From Scyliorhinus canicula (lineage: Eukaryota): 64,000 nt of DNA. Within the stretch, counting starts at the first letter, position 1, and each line of letters begins with the position of its first letter. A program made the translations under genes and the position numbers. The DNA lies in contig NC_052152.1 in assembly GCF_902713615.1 (NCBI RefSeq), positions 46,165,810 through 46,229,809 of the forward strand, written 5' to 3'. The notes beneath the pieces are model-generated. The model worked only from the letters and a program-made list of their open reading frames with translations, was not told the origin of the DNA and did not search any database. Of the stretch, positions 12,001 to 22,216 are shown piece by piece.

Positions 12001-13280
12001 GAAACATTCTGGGGAAGGGGCAATTTGACAATCGAATCAATCCTTTTGAATTCGATCTCGCGTTTGCCGTGCGTGATGACTGTACCCAAATACATCACTT
12101 TGTTTTCCAATATCTGGGCCTTTCTGGGGTTAACTTTACATCCAATCAAGGTTAAAAGTTCCAGGAGCTCGGGAAGAAGCGTAATGTGCTCTGCCTTTGT
12201 GTCTGTCTGCAGTAATAGGTCGTCCACATACTGTACCAGACATTCGGGACGGGAAAATTTTTCTAAACCATTCGCCAGCTGTCGGTGGAAAATGGAGGGT
12301 GAATTGTGGAATCCTTGTGGGAGGCATGTCCACGTATACTGCTGTGCTTTGAATGTGAAGGCAAATTTGTACTGGCACGCCTTTGCCAATGGGATTGACC
12401 AGAAGCCATTGCTAATGTCCAATACCGTGAAATATTTGGAGTGGAGTCCCTGTTTGAGCATGGTCTCGGGACTTGTTGCTACCGTGGGGGCTACTGCTGG
12501 GGTTACTTTATTGAGCTCCCGATAATCAATGGTCAGACGCCATGATCCATCGGGCTTTCTCACTGGCCAAATAGGGGCATTATTGGTCGAGGCTACTGTC
12601 CTAAGTACACCTTGCTCCAATAAGCTACCTATTACTTTCTCCATTTCTCCCTCTGCTTCTAGGGGAAATCTGTATTGTTTCTGTGGTCAGGGGTCTGGTC
12701 CGGTAACGTGAACTTGTCCAGTCATTCTGCCGCAGTCGTGCCGGTGACTGGCAAATGCTGTCCTGTGTTTGTTTAAAACTGCTCTCACTTGTCTGTCCGT
12801 GTTTAGTGTAGTCAGGTCAAAAGAATATTCGCCTACTGCGCTAATCCGATTTGCGTACTCTCCTACTGTGAGAGTAGCGGGTGCTCTGTCTGACCTTGCC
12901 ATTCGCCAGACACACTGGTTCACTGGGTCGAACGACAGGCTATGGGCATTCATAAAGTCTATACCCAATATGTGTTCTGCTGTACGGGGAAGATTTACTA
13001 AAACGACGGGGTGTTTGGTAGAGATGTTCCCTAGCTGGATTGCTACGGGTCCTGTAATGTGTCCCTGCTGCGAGTGACCTGTAAAACCGCTAAGTGTGAT
13101 GGTGGAGGTGGTCGGCCACGTGTCTGCCTGTGCCGTGGTGGTGGAATTAATTGTGGTGTGGGACCCTCCTGTGTCCCAAAGTAACTCTATGGGCTTCCCT
13201 CTAACCTTAGCTGTGACTACCGGTCTCCCGGATTGATCCCAAAGAGTGTCACAGACCCAAGTGGGGGAGCCCGAACACCG
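9079..13280 (-). pseudogene. pol: Provirus Pol: protease, RT, tether (degenerate RNase H), RNase H, integrase
   Basis: PR LLWDTGGS; RT LDISNGFW, LPQGF, QYVDD; tether IEVAST...PVAYAS...ERHLLAV...ILTEH; RNase H IYVDGS...AELAA...YSDS...GNVKADALA; IN HDGHGH/CLIC, IDFIG, DSDQG, VERMN, SGPY. In-frame stops at 12687 and 11196, a probable deletion near 11953, and a probable frameshift near 9540. Confidence 0.92.
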
Positions 13281-15026
13281 TCAGTCCGTTCAGTCCACAT
13301 TGGTCTGTCCTGACTGTATCCCTATACTATGGATCGGCTTTGCTCTATTTCTATTCAGAGTGCCTGTCTGCTGGCCTCTCTGTGATCTTTGGGGTGCATT
13401 GCATTCCTTTGCAAAATGTCCTAATTGGCCACAGTTGTAATATTCGAGCGACTTCTGTGGAGGGCTGTTCTTCCCTTCATTTACCCATGCAGGGCTTTGG
13501 TGTGCTCTCACTGCCTGAATGTCCGCTGCAGCCTGAGCTTCCTCTGGGGACTTTACTTTGCCTTTGCCCTGAACTGATTGCTCCCAAGCGCGGGACAATC
13601 TTTTCAGGACCCATTTCTCATTGTGGGCCTCTTCTGAGGGGTCATAACTATTGCAAGCACTCTGTCCTGCATCTATGGCATGGGAAATTATGGTGCGCAT
13701 CCATTTAACCATGTTATCACGGCTCAAATGCGCTCTATTTAAATCGCCGAAAACTGCGTTAAAATGGATCCACAGCCTTCCTGCAAATGCTGTGGGATGC
13801 TCTGTTTTCTTCTGTCTGCACTTGTTTAGTCCCTCAACTGGGTCTCCTCGGTTATACCCTATGGCATCTAAAATGGAGGTGTGCATTTCCTCTAGTGTGC
13901 CTCCTCCAACGTTCTGTGGGTCGGGGAGGGCTGCTACAACAGACTGGTCTAAGCTCAGAACCGTGAGCTTAACCTGCTCTCTCTCGTCCAGGCCGTACAT
14001 GGTAGCCTGCTGTTTCACTTTCGCGAAAAATTGGTGGGGGTCTGCGGTGGGGAGAAACGGAGTGATTTTCTCACACGCGTCCCTGAGTTGGGTTACAGTT
14101 AAGGAGGTGGTGTAGGTGATATCGGGTGCGCCTTCTGTGGTCGCTTTCCTTTGGGTGGTGACTGGATTCATAGGTACGGTAGCGATTTGATCTGTGGGGG
14201 GTTGGGGTGCTTTTCTTTTCTGCTGCGCTGCTGGCGCACATGTTCCTTGAACATAGCGTTGCGCTGTCTCACTTAATTCCTGCCAGTCTGCGGCATTCTC
14301 CTCATCTAGCTGTGTGCCAAAAGTACTTTGGAACCCATTCTGCACTGAAAGCAGAGATTGCAGCTCCGCAATCTGCTTCCTACATTTGGCATGATCCACT
14401 GTACTTTGTCTTTGTTCTGTGGTGGCAGCATGGAGTGCTCTTAAAGCTGCCTTTAGGTCAGAGCATTGCCTCTGCAATGCCTCTACCTGCTTTTCTGATT
14501 CTTCTCTTATCAGGACGGCACGTTGCACGTCCTGATAGGCTTTTTCATACTGGGTCTGGGAACTGCTCAGATGGGCTAGACATGACTGATGTGCCCTCTT
14601 GGCATCATCCACCTCGCTACCCTTCTCTGCCAGCTTCCCTCTAAGTTCCATGTTTTCCTTCTCAATGTCCCTGACATCGACTTTGCTCATCCTATTTTGT
14701 TCTTCTAACTCTGCTCGGAGCGTCTGAACGACCTCCTCAGTGCCTCGCAACTGTGCCAAACAGGACACGATTGCCATCGGCTTGCGTGATTTACTAAGGT
14801 TTTTCTTATGAATTTGAGAGAGGTTCTCCCACCAAGTATGTCCTATACTTCCGGGACCTGTCTCCTCATTCATACAGAACTCTTTCCAAAGGGGCCATCC
14901 CTTTCCTTGCAGATACTTGCGGAGTTCCAGCTCCCACACGGGACACTGACCTACTCGGCTACTGCTGGTCGCTGCGACCACAAACCGTTCTGGGTTCATG
15001 AGGCGTTCCATTGCCTGCATGGCCAT
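13281..15026 (-). CDS. gag: Provirus Gag (~581 aa; coiled-coil N-terminal half, capsid/MHR-like region, degenerate zinc knuckle)
   Basis: 578-aa ORF; CRQKKTEHPTAFAGRL is MHR-like and YYNCGQLGHFAKEC is a CCHC knuckle with first Cys->Tyr. TGA at 13290 (probably a mutated CGA) and TGA at 13281. Confidence 0.88.
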
Positions 15027-15313
15027 TTTCTCTTTCTCTCTTAATTTAGGACAGGGGGTGTTGAGGTAATGTTTTACAAGACGGGTAAGGCTTTCGCTAT
15101 GTTCCGCTCACAAAACTCCCGACAGTTCGTCGCAACAAAAAGCTCTCAGGTTTACCTTACAACCCTGTTAGTACGCATGCACAAAACACACTTCCGAATT
15201 ATCTTTATTTGTTTGAACACCTTGATTACTTGTGATTTTTCCTTTTTCTTTACTCAGATTTCTAATTCAAATTTCTGGGTCCTCGACGGAGTGGGGGTGC
15301 CACTTGTAACCGC

Positions 15314-15331
15314 GTCCCGGCGGAGTCGCCA
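15314..15331 (-). promoter_or_regulatory. Primer-binding site, tRNA-Arg(TCT)
   Basis: TGGCGACTCCGCCGGGAC is complementary to the 3' end (GTCCCGGCGGAGTCG-CCA) of vertebrate tRNA-Arg-TCT as recalled. It lies 5 nt from the LTR end. Confidence 0.85.
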
Positions 15332-15336
15332 CTAAA

Positions 15337-16332
15337 TGTTGCTAGTTTTACTGGAGTGTGATTAACACGCCTCCGTTTAAAGGCCGTGTGCTTAACACTA
15401 CTATAGCTCTGTATGTGTAATTATGCTCGGAGTCGCCAGGTGCCGTATTTAGACACCGTCACAAGTATATCAAGGTCAGGTTCAAAGTAATAAATCCGTA
15501 CACCGATTAGTGAGTCCAAACGATTGGTGTTTATTATAACAAATATAATAAATACACATGCATACGCTAAAGAGACTAACTTACTTCTAATACTAAACAA
15601 CTAAATACTTATCTAGACAGGAACAGGCAAGGTCAGGGAACAAGGCCTTCGTCCCGTTCTTGGTCTGCAACTTTCTGATTCGTAAGGTTGTCAGGATCTA
15701 GCAAGGTCTGGATCACGTAGCGATCGTTGTATTGGCACTTACAGTTCGATGGCTGAGGCTCAACGGCTGGTGATGAAACTGGAGTCAGGATGCGATGTAA
15801 CAAACAACAAATTTGGGTCGGAGTAAGCAAGCAATCCTGAGCCGGAGCAAAGCAACAGAGCCGGAGCAACAACAGACCGAACCATGTGCGGGGTCTACTC
15901 TTATAGGTCCTAGAAGTCCGTGCCCCCTTGGGGCGGTTCTTTTACCTGCCAGGTATCGATTGGGCCTCTCCCAATCGATATCTTCCAAACCCTCCAATCT
16001 GAGGGTCGTTCCTCGATGGGTGGGGCGGTCCCTAAGGCTCTTTGTGTTGGTTGCTGTGGCGCCATTCTGTCTGGGCGTCTACGGAAAAGTATCCATTGAT
16101 ACTTAAATGTTTCTATTGTGCGGGGTCTGGATCTGGATCACCTCATTACTATGCAGATCTGTTTCCATTTGCACCTTTGGCTGAAACTCTGCACCTGGCC
16201 AAAAACTGGTTTCTGTACGTGCAGAATGCAAATTAGTCTTCTGCAAGCTGCTTGTCCTCACTAAGACTGTTTTTCCCTGCAGCCCTAGCAGTTCTCCATT
16301 TTGTAGCCCAGTGTCCATCTTAGATGGCTACA
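15337..16332 (-). repeat. 5' LTR of provirus (996 bp)
   Basis: Adjacent to the PBS. Minus-strand TATAAGA at 15899-15905, inverted CCAAT pair at 15955-15979, AATAAA at 15530-15535. Confidence 0.97.
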
Positions 16333-16336
16333 ATGG

Positions 16337-17857
16337 AAAGGGGAAGTTTTGGGTATTCTAAAAGACATTAAGGTGGACAAGTCCCCAGGACCGGATGGGA
16401 TCTATCCCAGGTTACTGAGGGAAGCGAGGGTCGAAATAGCTCGGGCATTAACAGATATCTTTGCAGCATCCTCGAGCACAGGTGAGGTCCCGGAGGACTG
16501 GAGAATTGCTAATGTTGTCCCTTTGTTTCAGAAGGGTAGCAGGGAAAATCCAGGGAATTACAGACCTGTGAGCTTGACGTCAGTGGTAGGCAAACTGTTG
16601 GAGAAGATACTGAGGGATAGGATCTATTCACATCTGGAAGAAAATAGACTTATCAGTGATAGGCAGCATGGTTTTGTGCAAGGAAGGTCATGTCTTACAA
16701 ACCTAATAGAATTCTTTGAGGAAGTGACAAAGTTAATTGATGAGGGAAGGGCTGTAGATGTCATATACATGGACTTTAGTAAGGCGTTTGATAAGGTTTC
16801 CCATGGCAGGTTGATGGCAAAAGTGAAGTCGTATGGGGTTCAGGGTGTACTAGCTAGATGGATAAAGAACTGGCTGGGCAACAGGAGACAGAGAGTAGTG
16901 GTGGAAGGGAGTGTCTCAAAATGGAGAAGGGTGACTAATGGTGTTCCACAGGGATCCGTGCTCGGACCACTGTTGTTTGTGATCTACATAAATGACCTGG
17001 AGGAAGGTATAGGTGGTCTGATTAGCAAGTTTGCAGATGATACTAAGATTGGTGGAGTTGCAGATAGCAAGGAGGACTATCAGAGAATACAACAAAATAT
17101 AGATAGATTGGAGAGTTGGGCAGAGAAATGGCAGATAGAGTTCAATCCAGGCAAATGCGAGGTGATGCATTTTGGAAGATCAAATTCAAGAGCGGACTAT
17201 ATGGTCAATGGAAGGGTCCTGGGGAAAATTGATGTACAGAGATATCTGGGAGTTCAGGTCCATTATACCCTGAAGGTGGAAACGCAGGTAGATAGAGTGG
17301 TCAAGAAGGCATACAGCATGCTTGCCTTCATCGGACAAGGTATTGGGTACAAGAGTAGGCAGGTCATGTTACAGTTGTATAGGACTTTGCTTAGGCCACA
17401 TTTGGAATACTGCGTGCAGTTCTGGTCGCCACATTACCAGAAGGATGTGGATGCTTTGGAGAGGGTGCAGAGGAGGTTCACCAGGATGTTGCCTGGTATG
17501 GAGGGTGCTAGCTATGAAGAAAGGTTGAGTAGATTAGGATTGTTTTCGTTGGAAAGACGGAGGTTGAGGGGGGACCTGATTGAGGTATACAAAATTATGA
17601 GAGGTATGGACAGGGTGGATAGCAACAAGCTTTTTCCAAGTGTGGGGGTGTCAGTTACAAGGGATCACGATTTCAAGGTGAGAGGGGGAAAGTTTAAGGG
17701 TGATGTGCGTGGAAATATTTTTACGCAGAGGGTGGTGGGTGCCTGGAACGCTTTACCAGCGGAGGTGGTAGAGGCAGGCACGGTAGCATCATTTAAGAGG
17801 CATCTAGACAGGTATATGAACGGGCGGCAACAGAGGGAAGTAGACTTTGGAAAATAG
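16337..17857 (+). CDS. CR1 ORF2 C-terminal half (reverse transcriptase)
   Basis: KSPGPDG, NYRPVSLTS, QHGF, DFSKAFD, GVPQGSVLGP and FADD motifs; in frame with 4917-6338 once the provirus and one TSD copy are removed. Confidence 0.92.
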   Translation, partial: KGEVLGILKDIKVDKSPGPDGIYPRLLREARVEIARALTDIFAASSSTGEVPEDWRIANVVPLFQKGSRENPGNYRPVSLTSVVGKLLEKILRDRIYSHLEENRLISDRQHGFVQGRSCLTNLIEFFEEVTKLIDEGRAVDVIYMDFSKAFDKVSHGRLMAKVKSYGVQGVLARWIKNWLGNRRQRVVVEGSVSKWRRVTNGVPQGSVLGPLLFVIYINDLEEGIGGLISKFADDTKIGGVADSKEDYQRIQQNIDRLESWAEKWQIEFNPGKCEVMHFGRSNSRADYMVNGRVLGKIDVQRYLGVQVHYTLKVETQVDRVVKKAYSMLAFIGQGIGYKSRQVMLQLYRTLLRPHLEYCVQFWSPHYQKDVDALERVQRRFTRMLPGMEGASYEERLSRLGLFSLERRRLRGDLIEVYKIMRGMDRVDSNKLFPSVGVSVTRDHDFKVRGGKFKGDVRGNIFTQRVVGAWNALPAEVVEAGTVASFKRHLDRYMNGRQQREVDFGK

Positions 17858-18200
17858 GAGACAGGTTTAGATAAAGGATCTGGATTGGCGCAGGCTGGGA
17901 GGGCCGAAGGGCATGTTCCTGTGCTGTAATTTTCTTTGTTCTTTGTTCTTCTTTGTTCATCTTTTCGTATTTTGTTAGGCAGTGTTAACTGCAATGCTTT
18001 TGCCAAAACCAACAATCTGTTTTTAGTCTCTGAAAGAAAGGTATCACGTGTTATTGTGTCCACCCCCAAAAACTTCTGAGCCTCCGAAAGAGCCATTATT
18101 CACAACACTCTCCCCACTTAAACTAAAATACCACACCGGAAAAGCAACAATCCTTCACTGTCTTTAAGTTCACAAAAGCCAATCCAATAGATAGACTTTT

Positions 18201-18218
18201 ATCCCCCTCGAGCCCCCA
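18201..18218 (-). promoter_or_regulatory. PBS, tRNA-Pro-like
   Basis: TGGGGGCTCGAGGGGGAT versus the canonical Pro PBS TGGGGGCTCGTCCGGGAT (15/18). Confidence 0.75.
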
Positions 18219-18220
18219 AT

Positions 18221-18792
18221 TGTTATGGGAGCGGTGTTTTCAGAACCCCAAAATGTATCATGGAGTTCAACCAACCTCTCCCTTTAATGTATTGTTGCTT
18301 TTGAAGCACACGGCTTGTTCTCCAGGTGTGGTATTACAATTATGGACACGTGGGTTTTTAAACACAAAACAATGTTTATTCCATGAATTCAACTTAACCT
18401 TTTAAATAAACATTGGATCACTTAACACCCCTTACTTCAAAGATAACCCCAAAAATAATACAACACTAAATAATCCCTCAAAATGTTCCTTCAAACATAC
18501 AAAAGACGTCACCTTTAACAACAGAAACACATCAGGTTAAAGACATTACTATTATGAGTTTAAATCACCCAAATGATTCAGAGATAGTCTTTTATGGCAG
18601 AGATCACAGCAGATCCAGCTCACTGCAAACACAGACACACGTAGGCGCTTTTCGTCAAAACTGAACTAAAGCAGAAGTGAGTTCAGCTCAGCTCCCCCCA
18701 CCCTCTGACATCACTTCAGTAATATGAGCTGCTCAATTTCTTAAAGGTGCATTGCTTAAACATCCATTTCTTAAAGGTACTCTCACATGACA
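18221..18792 (-). repeat. 5' LTR of the Gmr1-like Gypsy element (572 bp)
   Basis: TGTCATG...CATAACA ends on the minus strand, followed by AT and then the PBS. Confidence 0.85.
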
Positions 18793-19163
18793 CAGCTGGC
18801 AGCCTCCTTCCTGGGGCTAGGGTACAGGGTCATCCTCCTCTCCTCCACCACGTTCAGGTGGGTCACTACCTTGGCACACCTGAATATTGGGGCTGCTCTC
18901 CTCACTGCCATCTTGTTGGCTGGGACGATGTGTGTGGGGAGTGCAGTGTGTATATGTGGCTGCAGCTTATCAGCCGCCTGAGTGTCAATCGCAAAACCGG
19001 GCACATTTCTCATTCTAATCAATTGTGTTCCACGTGGCTCCGATGCTATCCCCTTAACAGTAGCGGAATTGGTCCAGGTGTGGCGCCAGTTTTGCTGTCA
19101 TGAAACTCCACGAATTCTGCGTTGGTGTCAACATTTAGTCTCAGAAATGGATAATCTCGCCCA
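18793..19163. mobile_element. End of a GC-rich TIR (MITE-like) element that hosts the Gypsy insertion
   Basis: Its terminus (...CAACATTTAGTCTCAGAAATGGATAATCTCGCCC) resembles the end of the 22217-22844 element. Confidence 0.5.
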
Positions 19164-19164
19164 C

Positions 19165-19440
19165 AGTTTTAGGATAAGGGATAACAGATTTCAAACAGAG
19201 ATGAGGAGAAATTATTGCTCTCAAAGGGTAGTGAATCTGTGGAATTCACTACCCCAGAGTGCACTGGAGGCCAAGACATTGAGTAAATTTAAGTAATAGA
19301 TAGGCAGATTTTTATTTATTAATGGGTTTGACTTATGGAGAATGGGCAGGAAGGTAGAGTTGAGATCAGCCGTGATTGTATGGAACTACAGTGCAGTATT
19401 GAGGGGCTGAATTGCCTACTCTTGCTCCTCTTTCTTATGT
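19165..19440 (+). mobile_element. CR1 3' end fragment
   Basis: QRVVNLWNSLPQ motif followed by a CR1-type 3' UTR. Confidence 0.7.
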
Positions 19441-19976
19441 TTTTATCTTCAGTTAGAAGTTTTGACGAGATGGCCATTCTTTGCCTTTTTCTATTGTCCC
19501 TACCGACATAGGTGGCAGCTTTTAGCAATTCAATTCACTTCACTGGATATGAAATAACATCTGAATCCAGCAGACTCAACGTTCCAGCTGCAATCTGAAG
19601 ATCTGAGCTCCGGAGCTAACCAACCGGTTCTAATAAAGGTACAGCACTATCATCTACCCTACAATGTGAAAAAGTGCCCAAGTATGTTCTATCCACTAAA
19701 AGAACATCAAATCTAGCACAGACGACTCTGAATCAGCGGAAAAGTTACCACCCACTCCCACCACCATTAGCAGACCATTACTGGAAAGTGTAATTGTTAC
19801 AAATATCTAGTTCATGGATCATATTAATCTTTTAGAGTCAATTTTTAGTGCTGGGTTTTAAGAAAAAAATGACAGCTCAAAATGTTACCCATATTTGTTT
19901 GCTAAAGGCAGAATAGAAGAGATAAAGATATAAAACACCAGGTGGGCTTACGCAGCTAAAGAACATTGAGACATCT

Positions 19977-20146
19977 GGGCCGGGATTCTCCTTCCTGCCG
20001 CACCAGATTTCAGGTGCCATGTGCCCATAGATTCTCCGCCTCGCCAGCCTGCCAATGGGGTTTCCCATTGTGGGCAGCCCCACGCTGTTGGGAAATCCCT
20101 GGGCTGCTGCAAAACGGAGAATCCCGACAGTGGAGACTCCAGCCCC
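19977..20146. mobile_element. Short MITE-like element
   Basis: Inverted ends GGGCCGGGATTCTCC ... GGAGAATCCCG / GGAGACTCCAGCCC, with an internal palindrome. Confidence 0.55.
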
Positions 20147-20624
20147 ATGTCTGTAATCCTTGAAGTAAAGTTAGTCCAGAGAGATGATTTTGTTTTGAAA
20201 AGTAGAGCTAAATTTAAGGACATTAAATAAATCCTGAAATGTTGTAAAACCTATTTACAGTACTTCATCAGATCAAAGACAAAATTGTAAATGGGGAATA
20301 ATTAACCTAAAGATCGGTTTGAGGACATCCCAGAGCAAACATCAAAATGGGGATGGTTGGAGCTTAGGAAGTGTTTCTGCTTTCAATTTATCTGGGTGTT
20401 TGCTGAGAGAGTTGTTGGAGTTTGGACCTCATGTGACTTGCAGCTTACTGAGCGAAGATAATCAAAGTAAGTGATAATTGCCCTGTAAGCAGAGTAAAAA
20501 CCTAACTTCATCATTGATCACATGGAATGGAGGAAGCTTTGAATCTCAGTTTGAATTTTGTTAGGGTACACAGTGAAAACTTAATTAAAACAAGATGTTT
20601 GGATTTCTCTTTAAATGTTAATGG

Positions 20625-21275
20625 TATTATGGGCCAGGGCTTAGAAACTCCAAAGTGTATCATGAAGTTCACCGGATCTGCAAGCTTTATATTGAATTTG
20701 GCTAGGATGAGCACAAAAGCCTTCACTGCAGGTGTGATTCATCAGACTTCCTGGACACTTTAATCAAAACAAGGTTTATTCTAAAAATGTAGTTAACATA
20801 TGTATATATAAACACAGCAAGATTTTTTATCAATTACAAACATAAGGACACCACACAGCTACAGTAATCTATGTACATAACACTTAATGAATTCCCCCTT
20901 ATCTGTTCCAATTCAATAACAACATCCAATTAAACCAAACTCATTTTTCAAGGGCGTGGCCCCGCACACTGTATTCTCACTTGAATGGGACTGGTCCTTT
21001 TCCTGAAATTCTGATCCAGTTACAACCAGCAGATTCAAACTCCTTCCAGGAAGCAACTATATTTTTAAAGTTACTGAGGCAGTTTGCCACAACCAATGAG
21101 CTTGTTACTGGAACAGCTTTTAAAATGAAAACAGAGAAAAACTTATTTCTCCTTCTGCAGTCCAAAGCAGTCAAACTGAAACTGAAATCCTCTCTCACCT
21201 CACAGCCACAGCCCAATGTGCTACAAGTAACATGATAAGAGACTAAACCTTTCTTAAAGGGACACTCACATGACA
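20625..21275 (-). mobile_element. Solo LTR related to the 18221-18792 LTR
   Basis: Both ends resemble that LTR (TATTATGGG...GTATCATG..GTTCA and TTCTTAAAGG..ACTCACATGACA). The flanks are ATGG and ATGA (imperfect 4-bp TSD). Confidence 0.75.
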
Positions 21276-21312
21276 ATGATTCCTAACTGGATCGTAACAC
21301 TATTTACAGGAT

Positions 21313-21652
21313 GGGCAGCACGGTAGCATTGTGGATAGCACAATTGCTTCACAGCTCCAGGGTCCCAGGTTCGGCTTGGGTCACTGTCTGTGCGCAGTTT
21401 GTACATTCTCCCTGTGTGTGCGTGGGTTTCCTCCGGGTGCTCCGGTTTCCTCCCACAGTCCAAAGATGTGCAGGTTAGGTGGATTGGCCATGCTAAATTT
21501 CCCTTAGTGTCCAAAATTGCCCTTAGTGTTGGGTGGGGTTACTGGGTTATGGGGATAGGGTGGTGGTGTGGACCTTGGGTAGGGTGCTCTTTCCAAGAGC
21601 CGGTGCAGGATCGATGGGCCGAATGGCCTCCTTCTGCACTGTAAATTCTATG
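21313..21652 (+). mobile_element. HE1/V-SINE-type SINE
   Basis: tRNA-like head, V-domain GGGTTTCCTCCGGGTGCTCCGGTTTCCTCCCAC and a CR1-like tail. Related copies lie at ~24832-25108(+), 32046-32399(+), 32660-32985(-), 35107-35420(+), 37428-37625(-), 43449-43631(+), 46513-46856(+), 51278-51540(+), 52740-52868(-), 58640-58852(-) and 63008-63293(-). Confidence 0.88.
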
Positions 21653-22216
21653 AAACAATAACTCACCAAGGTTTCTATGCACAAACCCATCCACCTGGAT
21701 GGACAAGAGTACCAGGCACATGGGAACATCTCCATGATCCTTTCCAAGTTACACGTCATCATGATTAGGTATATATTACATTCTTCACTGTCACTGGGTC
21801 AAGACCCTGAAACTTCCTGCCTAATGTCAGCATGGGAGTACCTTGTGCACATGGATTGAAAAGGTTAATGAAGAATGCTCAAGGTGTAACCTTGTTAGCA
21901 CTCATGTTCTGGGAGAGAGAAACGGCAAGGTAGTAAAAATAACAGAGATGGGAAACTTTTGAAGTCAAAAGTAGGCAAAGTGAATGCGTATTAATCCCAG
22001 TGCCGAGGCCCACTCCTGTCTGAAATTGTACCTCTATTCAGATTTAAACTCAGACAAAATGAGAAACTTTGAAAAGAAAGACATGCACTTATATAGTGCT
22101 TTTTACAATCTTAGGTTGGCTCAAAACACTTAACAACAAGCAAAGCACTCCTGAATTATAATCACTGTTAAAATGTAGGAAGCATGGCACACACTAATGG
22201 AATCAATCAGGATCCT

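Larger units (their letters stand above)
6339..16332 (-). mobile_element. Full-length endogenous retrovirus-like provirus (dual RNase H Pol, env-less)
   Basis: Paired TG...CA LTRs, 4-bp TSD ATGG (6335-6338 and 16333-16336), PBS, PPT, and gag-pro-RT-tether-RNaseH-IN order. Confidence 0.95.
4859..17956 (+). mobile_element. CR1 LINE (5'-truncated, last ~19 codons of ORF1 + ORF2), interrupted by the provirus
   Basis: ORF1 tail GTNVLGGAFANTVGEVLN* followed by ORF2 and a 3' tail of TTCTTTG repeats. TCA is duplicated at 4856-4858 and 17957-17959, and the Gypsy gag rejoins across the insertion. Confidence 0.92.
3516..18792 (-). mobile_element. Gypsy LTR retrotransposon, Gmr1-like (SCAN-type Gag); 5' LTR, PBS, gag and start of protease, split by CR1 and L1 insertions
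   Basis: 5' LTR 18221-18792, PBS-Pro-like site, gag start at 18096 (MALSEAQKFLG...KIRKDE) resuming at 4858 (VINAVTLHL...). It also has a SCAN-like segment, zinc knuckle CFHCNKLGHVKSQC and protease ILRDTGASQS. Confidence 0.85.

Noticed and set aside
15633-16318. ORFs repeated in both LTRs (also at 6635-7319)
   Set aside because: They recur only because the LTRs are near-identical. They are short, several use non-ATG starts, and none has recognisable motifs.
21266-21644. Recurrent short ORFs such as CGRKPEHPEETHA
   Set aside because: These are translations of the SINE V-domain, found at every SINE copy.
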